Source: an uncultured delta proteobacterium
Lineage (GTDB): Bacteria > Myxococcota_A > UBA9160 > UBA4427
Length of the DNA stretch: 64,000 nt
Assembly: GCA_963822965.1 (NCBI GenBank)
Contig: CAWGJT010000005.1
Span: 1,920,001 to 1,984,000, forward strand
Reading direction: 5' to 3'
Part shown: positions 59,881 to 64,000 of the stretch, one piece after another
How the letters are laid out: each line of letters starts with the position of its first letter
Position numbering within the stretch: position 1 is the stretch's first letter
The notes under the pieces: generated by a model
What the model was told of the DNA's origin: nothing
What the model saw: the letters and a program-made list of their open reading frames with translations, nothing else
The model's database searches: none
Made by a program: the position numbers and the translations under genes

Positions 59881-60754
59881 ATGTTCGAAGGTGTCCTGAC
59901 CGCCCTGGTCACGCCGTTCCGCGACGGCGCCGTGGACGAGCCGGCGCTGCGCGAGCTCGTCGAACGGCAGATCCGCGCCGGGCATCCACGGGCTCGTGCC
60001 CTGCGGCTCGACGGGCGAGTCCGCCACCCTGTCCCACGCCGAGCACGGCCGGGTGATCGAGATCGTGGTAGACGCCGCGGCCGGTCGCGTCCCGGTCGTC
60101 GCGGGGACCGGATCCAACAACACCCAGGAGGCGATCCGGCTCACGCGGCACGCCAAGAGCGCGGGCGCCGCTGCGGCCCTGCTGATCTCGCCCTACTACA
60201 ACAAGCCGACCCAGGCGGGCATCCTCGCCCACTACGAGGCGGTGGCGCGGGCATGCGAGCTGCCCCTCATCGTCTACAACATTCCCGGACGGACGGCGTC
60301 CAACATCCTGCCCGAGACCCTGGCCCAGCTCGCCCACGTCGAGTACGTGGTCGGCGTGAAGGAGTCGTGCGGCAACCTGGACCAGATCGCGCACGTGGTG
60401 GCCCGCTGTCCGGACGACTTCGACGTGCTGTCGGGCGACGACTCGCTCACCCTGCCCCTGCTGGCCGTGGGCGGACGGGGCGTGATCTCCACGGCGGCGA
60501 ACGTCGCCCCGGGCCAGATGCTGGAGCTGGTCGCCGCCTTCCGCGGGGGCGACACGGCCCGCGCGCTCGCCATCCACCAGAGCCTGCTTCCGCTCTTCGA
60601 CGCGCTCTTCTGCGAGACGAATCCGATCCCCGTGAAGGCGGCGCTGGCCATCATGGGGCTGGTGGATCCCGAGATCCGTCTTCCCCTCACACTCATCACC
60701 CAGCCGAACCGCGAGGCCCTGCAGGTGGTGCTGAAGGAGCTCGGCTTCGCATGA
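59881..60754 (+). CDS. dapA: 4-hydroxy-tetrahydrodipicolinate synthase, with a 1-nt frameshift at ~59980-59982
   Basis: ALVTPF in the first frame; GSTGE, PYYNKP, YNIPGRT, VKES and ETNPIPVK in the second; removing one G joins them. Confidence 0.93.
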
Positions 60755-61541
60755 GCACGGCGCGCGTCGCGGTGGTGTCGGCGCCCTGGGGCGCATGGGC
60801 GAAATGGTGCGCCAGGCGATCGCGAGGCACCCCGGCCTCGTGGTCGGCGGCGCGCTCGAGCGCCCGGGGCATCCGCAGCTCGGCAGCGAGGTGGACGGCG
60901 TCCGCCTCACCGACGACCCGGCCGAAGCGTTCTCGGGCTGCGACGTCGTGATCGACTTCTCGCTCCCCGCGTCGACCCTCGCCAACCTGAAGATCGCGGC
61001 GGACGCCGGCGTCGCCTACGTGACCGGCACCACGGGCGTCGACGCCGCCGGGCTCGAGCAGATTCGGAAGCTGGCCGAGCGGGTGCCCGTGGTGCACGCG
61101 CCGAACTTCTCCCTGGCGGTCAACGTCCTGGCGTGGCTGGTGCAGGCGGCCGCGGCGAAGCTCGGCGGCGGCTTCGACGCCGAGATCTTCGAGCTGCACC
61201 ACAGCGCCAAGCGCGACGCGCCGAGCGGCACGGCCCTGCGCCTCGCGGAGGCCGTGGCCCGGGGTCGGGGCGAGCAGCTCGACGAGCACCTGCTGCTCGA
61301 GCGGGCGGGGGACATCGGTCCCCGCCCCGAGGGCGCCATCGGCGTTCAGGCCCTGCGAGGCGGCGACAACCCGGGCGAGCACACGGTCCTCTTCGTCGGC
61401 CGAGGCGAGCGGGTGGAGCTGGTCCACCGCTCCGCGACCCGGGAGCACTTCGCCGAGGGTGCGGTGCGCGCCGCGCACTGGCTGGTTGGCCGCGAGCCCG
61501 GCCTCTACCCTGTGGAGGAGATCTTCGGCCTGAAGGAGTGA
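60751..61541 (+). CDS. dapB: 4-hydroxy-tetrahydrodipicolinate reductase, with a frameshift at ~60772-60779
   Basis: MSTARVAV followed by an out-of-frame VGALGRMG; DFS, GTTG, APNFS and ELHHSAKRDAPSGTA motifs. Confidence 0.93.
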
Positions 61542-61545
61542 AGAC

Positions 61546-62748
61546 GTGCCCGGATCCGCCCCTGCTGTCTCTTCGGTCCCCGGTAGCGCGCGCTTCGTCT
61601 ACGACCCGGCCGAGCCGAGCTTTCACGAGCAGGCCCACGAGATCTACCGCGTGCTGCGCGACGAGCATCCGGTCTACCACCACGCCGCCGGGGACTGGTG
61701 GGCGCTCTCGCGCTTCGAGGACGTGCGCCGGGCGGCGAACGATCCCGCCACCTTCTCGTCCGAGAACACGTCGATCGCCGTCGGCCTGCTGCCCCAGATC
61801 CAGAGCGTCGACCCGCCCTACCACGACGCCCTGCGCGGCCTGGTGAACACCGCGTTCACCCGCTCGCGCGTGGCCGCCATGGAGCCGCGCATCCGCGAGA
61901 TCGCCCGGGAGCTCGTCGACCGCTTCGCAGCGCGCGGCACCTGCGATCTGCTCCGCGACTACGCGCGGCACCTGCCGAGTCTCGTCATCGGCGAGATGAT
62001 CGGCGTCCCCGCCGAACGCCGGGAGACCTTCCTGCACTGGACCGAGGCCATGGTCGCGGCCACCCCCGGAAAGACCCAGAGCGAGAACGTCAGGCACCCG
62101 GCCGTCGGCATCTACCAGGAGTTCACGAAGCTGCTCGAGGAGCGACGGGCCGAACGCCGGGACGACCTCATGAGCGCACTGATCGACACGGAGCTCGACG
62201 GTCGCCGGCTCACCCAGGAAGAGCTGCTCGGCTTCTGCTTCGTCCTGATCGTGGCGGGCAACGACACCACCACGAATCTGATCGCGAACGGTGCGGTGCT
62301 GCTGGCGCGCCACCCGGACCAGCGTGAGCGGCTCGTCCAGCAGCCCGGGGGCATGGAGCGCGCCGTCGACGAAATGCTGCGCTACGAGTCGCCCGCCCAG
62401 GCGCTACCGCGCATCACCACCCGCGACGTCGAGGTCCACGGGGTGACCATCCCGAAGGGCCGCGAGGTGAAGCTGGTGTTCGGCGCGGCAAACCGGGACG
62501 AGCGCGAGTTCCCGCAGCCCGACCGATTCGACGTGGACCGGGTGATCCCGCGGCACCTGGCCTTCGGCCAGGGCATCCACTACTGCCTGGGCGCCAAGCT
62601 GGCACGGCTGGAGGCCCGGGTGGCCCTGGAAGAGCTGCTGGCCCGCATCCCCGACTACACGCTGGACGGTACCCCGCGCTGGCTGACCTCCGTGTGGGCG
62701 CGCGCGTACGCGGGCGTGCCCGTGCGCTTCGAGCCGGCTCGCGCCTGA
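61546..62748 (+). CDS. Cytochrome P450
   Basis: AGNDTT (I-helix), EMLR (ExxR) and FGQGIHYCLG heme motifs. Confidence 0.97.
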   Translation: MPGSAPAVSSVPGSARFVYDPAEPSFHEQAHEIYRVLRDEHPVYHHAAGDWWALSRFEDVRRAANDPATFSSENTSIAVGLLPQIQSVDPPYHDALRGLVNTAFTRSRVAAMEPRIREIARELVDRFAARGTCDLLRDYARHLPSLVIGEMIGVPAERRETFLHWTEAMVAATPGKTQSENVRHPAVGIYQEFTKLLEERRAERRDDLMSALIDTELDGRRLTQEELLGFCFVLIVAGNDTTTNLIANGAVLLARHPDQRERLVQQPGGMERAVDEMLRYESPAQALPRITTRDVEVHGVTIPKGREVKLVFGAANRDEREFPQPDRFDVDRVIPRHLAFGQGIHYCLGAKLARLEARVALEELLARIPDYTLDGTPRWLTSVWARAYAGVPVRFEPARA

Positions 62749-62753
62749 CCCGG

Positions 62754-63707
62754 ATGGGGCTCCTCGACGGAAAGGTGGCGATCGTCACCGGCACCAGCCG
62801 TGGAATCGGCGTGGAGATCGCCCGGCGCCTGCTCGAGGAGGGGGCCTGCGTGGCCGGCTGCTCGCGGCGAGACCGGGAGGACGTGCCGTTCCTCGCCGGT
62901 GTGGAGACCCCGGGCCCCGAGGCCGCCGAGCGGGCCGTCCACTGGAAGTGCGATCAGCGCGACGCCGAGAGCATCGACGCCTTCGTCGGTCGGGTCGTCG
63001 CTCGCTTCGGACGCCTCGACATCCTGATCAACAACGCAGGCGGCACGGTGCCCACCCCCCACGCCGAGGAGGTTCCCGAGCTCGTCGCCCGGATCGAGGG
63101 CTCCGAGCCCTCGGACGATCCCTTCCTGCGCACGGCGCGCTTCCACGCGTTCTCGATCCAGAACAACCTGATCGGACCACTCTGGTTCGCGATCCGCGCC
63201 TGCCAGGAGATGAAGAAGCAGGACACGACGGGCTCCATCGTGAACATCTCGAGCGGGGCCTCCCACCCGGCAGGCTCGCCCACCCTGGTCTCCTACGGCG
63301 CCGCCAAGGCGGGCCTCAACCACATGACGCGTTCCCTGGCGGAGGAGTGGGGCCCGGGGGTCCGCATCAACTGCCTCGCCCTGGGCGCCACGGTCACCGA
63401 CAACTTCCGCCGCCTGGTTCTCGGGCAGGACGATCCCGAGGGCCGAACCTACTTCCGGAAGATCCCCCTGCGGCGGGGCGGCGAGCCGCGCGAGGTCGCC
63501 AACGCCTGCGTGTTCCTCTGCTCGGGGCAGGCCGACTACATCAACGGCACGACCATCGAGATCGACGGAGGTATGCTGCCCGGCGTCCTCTACGAGCCCG
63601 GGATCCAGCAGATCGAGCGCATGCTCGAGGCCGACGTCGCCCGGAAGGCCGCCCGAGAGAAGGGCGGCGGAACGTCCGGCGCGCAGGGGGACGCGCAGGG
63701 GGAATAG
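62754..63707 (+). CDS. Short-chain dehydrogenase/reductase
   Basis: TGTSRGIG, NNAG, NISS and YGAAK motifs. Confidence 0.94.
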   Translation: MGLLDGKVAIVTGTSRGIGVEIARRLLEEGACVAGCSRRDREDVPFLAGVETPGPEAAERAVHWKCDQRDAESIDAFVGRVVARFGRLDILINNAGGTVPTPHAEEVPELVARIEGSEPSDDPFLRTARFHAFSIQNNLIGPLWFAIRACQEMKKQDTTGSIVNISSGASHPAGSPTLVSYGAAKAGLNHMTRSLAEEWGPGVRINCLALGATVTDNFRRLVLGQDDPEGRTYFRKIPLRRGGEPREVANACVFLCSGQADYINGTTIEIDGGMLPGVLYEPGIQQIERMLEADVARKAAREKGGGTSGAQGDAQGE

Positions 63708-63732
63708 TAGAGGGGGTCGGCGGGCCGCGGCG

Positions 63733-64000
63733 TCAGGCGCCACCGGCCAGGCGCGGCGCTGCCTCGGGCCGGACCCTGCCGTTCGCGAGCCCCCAGCGCA
63801 GCACGGCCTCCACCGTCTCCCGCGGATCGCGCCACTTCAGCCCGAGCTCGGCCACCTGGGGCGAGTCGGGAACCGGCCACCAGCGCGTCGCCACCTCGAG
63901 CGCCTCCCGCGTGAAGGGGCCGAAGCTGCGGCCGGTGAGCCCGCGCACCCCGTCCGCCACGCTGGCCAGGCCGCGCAGCAGCCAGCCCGGTGCGCCGAAG
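63733..64000 (-). CDS. C-terminal fragment, probably an NAD-dependent epimerase/dehydratase (runs off the window)
   Basis: P.WLLR...ELGLKWRDPRETVEAVLRW resembles extended-SDR C-termini. Confidence 0.55.
   Translation of the reverse strand, partial: FGAPGWLLRGLASVADGVRGLTGRSFGPFTREALEVATRWWPVPDSPQVAELGLKWRDPRETVEAVLRWGLANGRVRPEAAPRLAGGA

Overview
This is a 64-kb, very GC-rich (about 70% by eye) chromosomal core region. Gene order and content suggest a Myxococcota/deltaproteobacterium-like organism (inference). Housekeeping blocks: rho-prfA-prmC-hisDBHAF; selA-HNH-MinD/FlhG-J/HTH-rluD-pgeF; rne/rng-rplU-rpmA-obgE-proB-nadD-rsfS-gpmI-comF; gshA/trxB with signalling genes; tatA/B-tatC; iclR-malic enzyme-biotin carboxylase; mrcB-TPR lipoprotein-lspA; argH-lipoprotein-lysA-dapF-dapA-dapB-P450-SDR. 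No rRNA, tRNA, CRISPR array, transposase or phage gene was seen. Most notable: (1) small CTAG-flanked MITE-like elements (23406-23574, and a tandem pair at 52504-52807) that share a structured core but have co-varying terminal inverted repeats, one of them sitting in the TAGTG stop/start junction before lspA; (2) a sigma54 module in which a pseudo-receiver/pseudo-AAA+/DHp/pseudo-ATPase fusion precedes an intact NtrC-type activator, an HD-GYP regulator and a degenerate PilZ-like protein; (3) a HisD with degenerate NAD/Zn motifs inside the his operon; (4) a 54-aa CxxC...HxxCxxC microprotein missed by the ORF track, behind a sigma54 promoter; (5) a ~490-nt purine-rich iclR leader behind a poly-G-spacer promoter. 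Frameshifts in obgE, dapA and dapB are probably sequencing or assembly errors. Product calls come from motif recognition only; no database searches were run.
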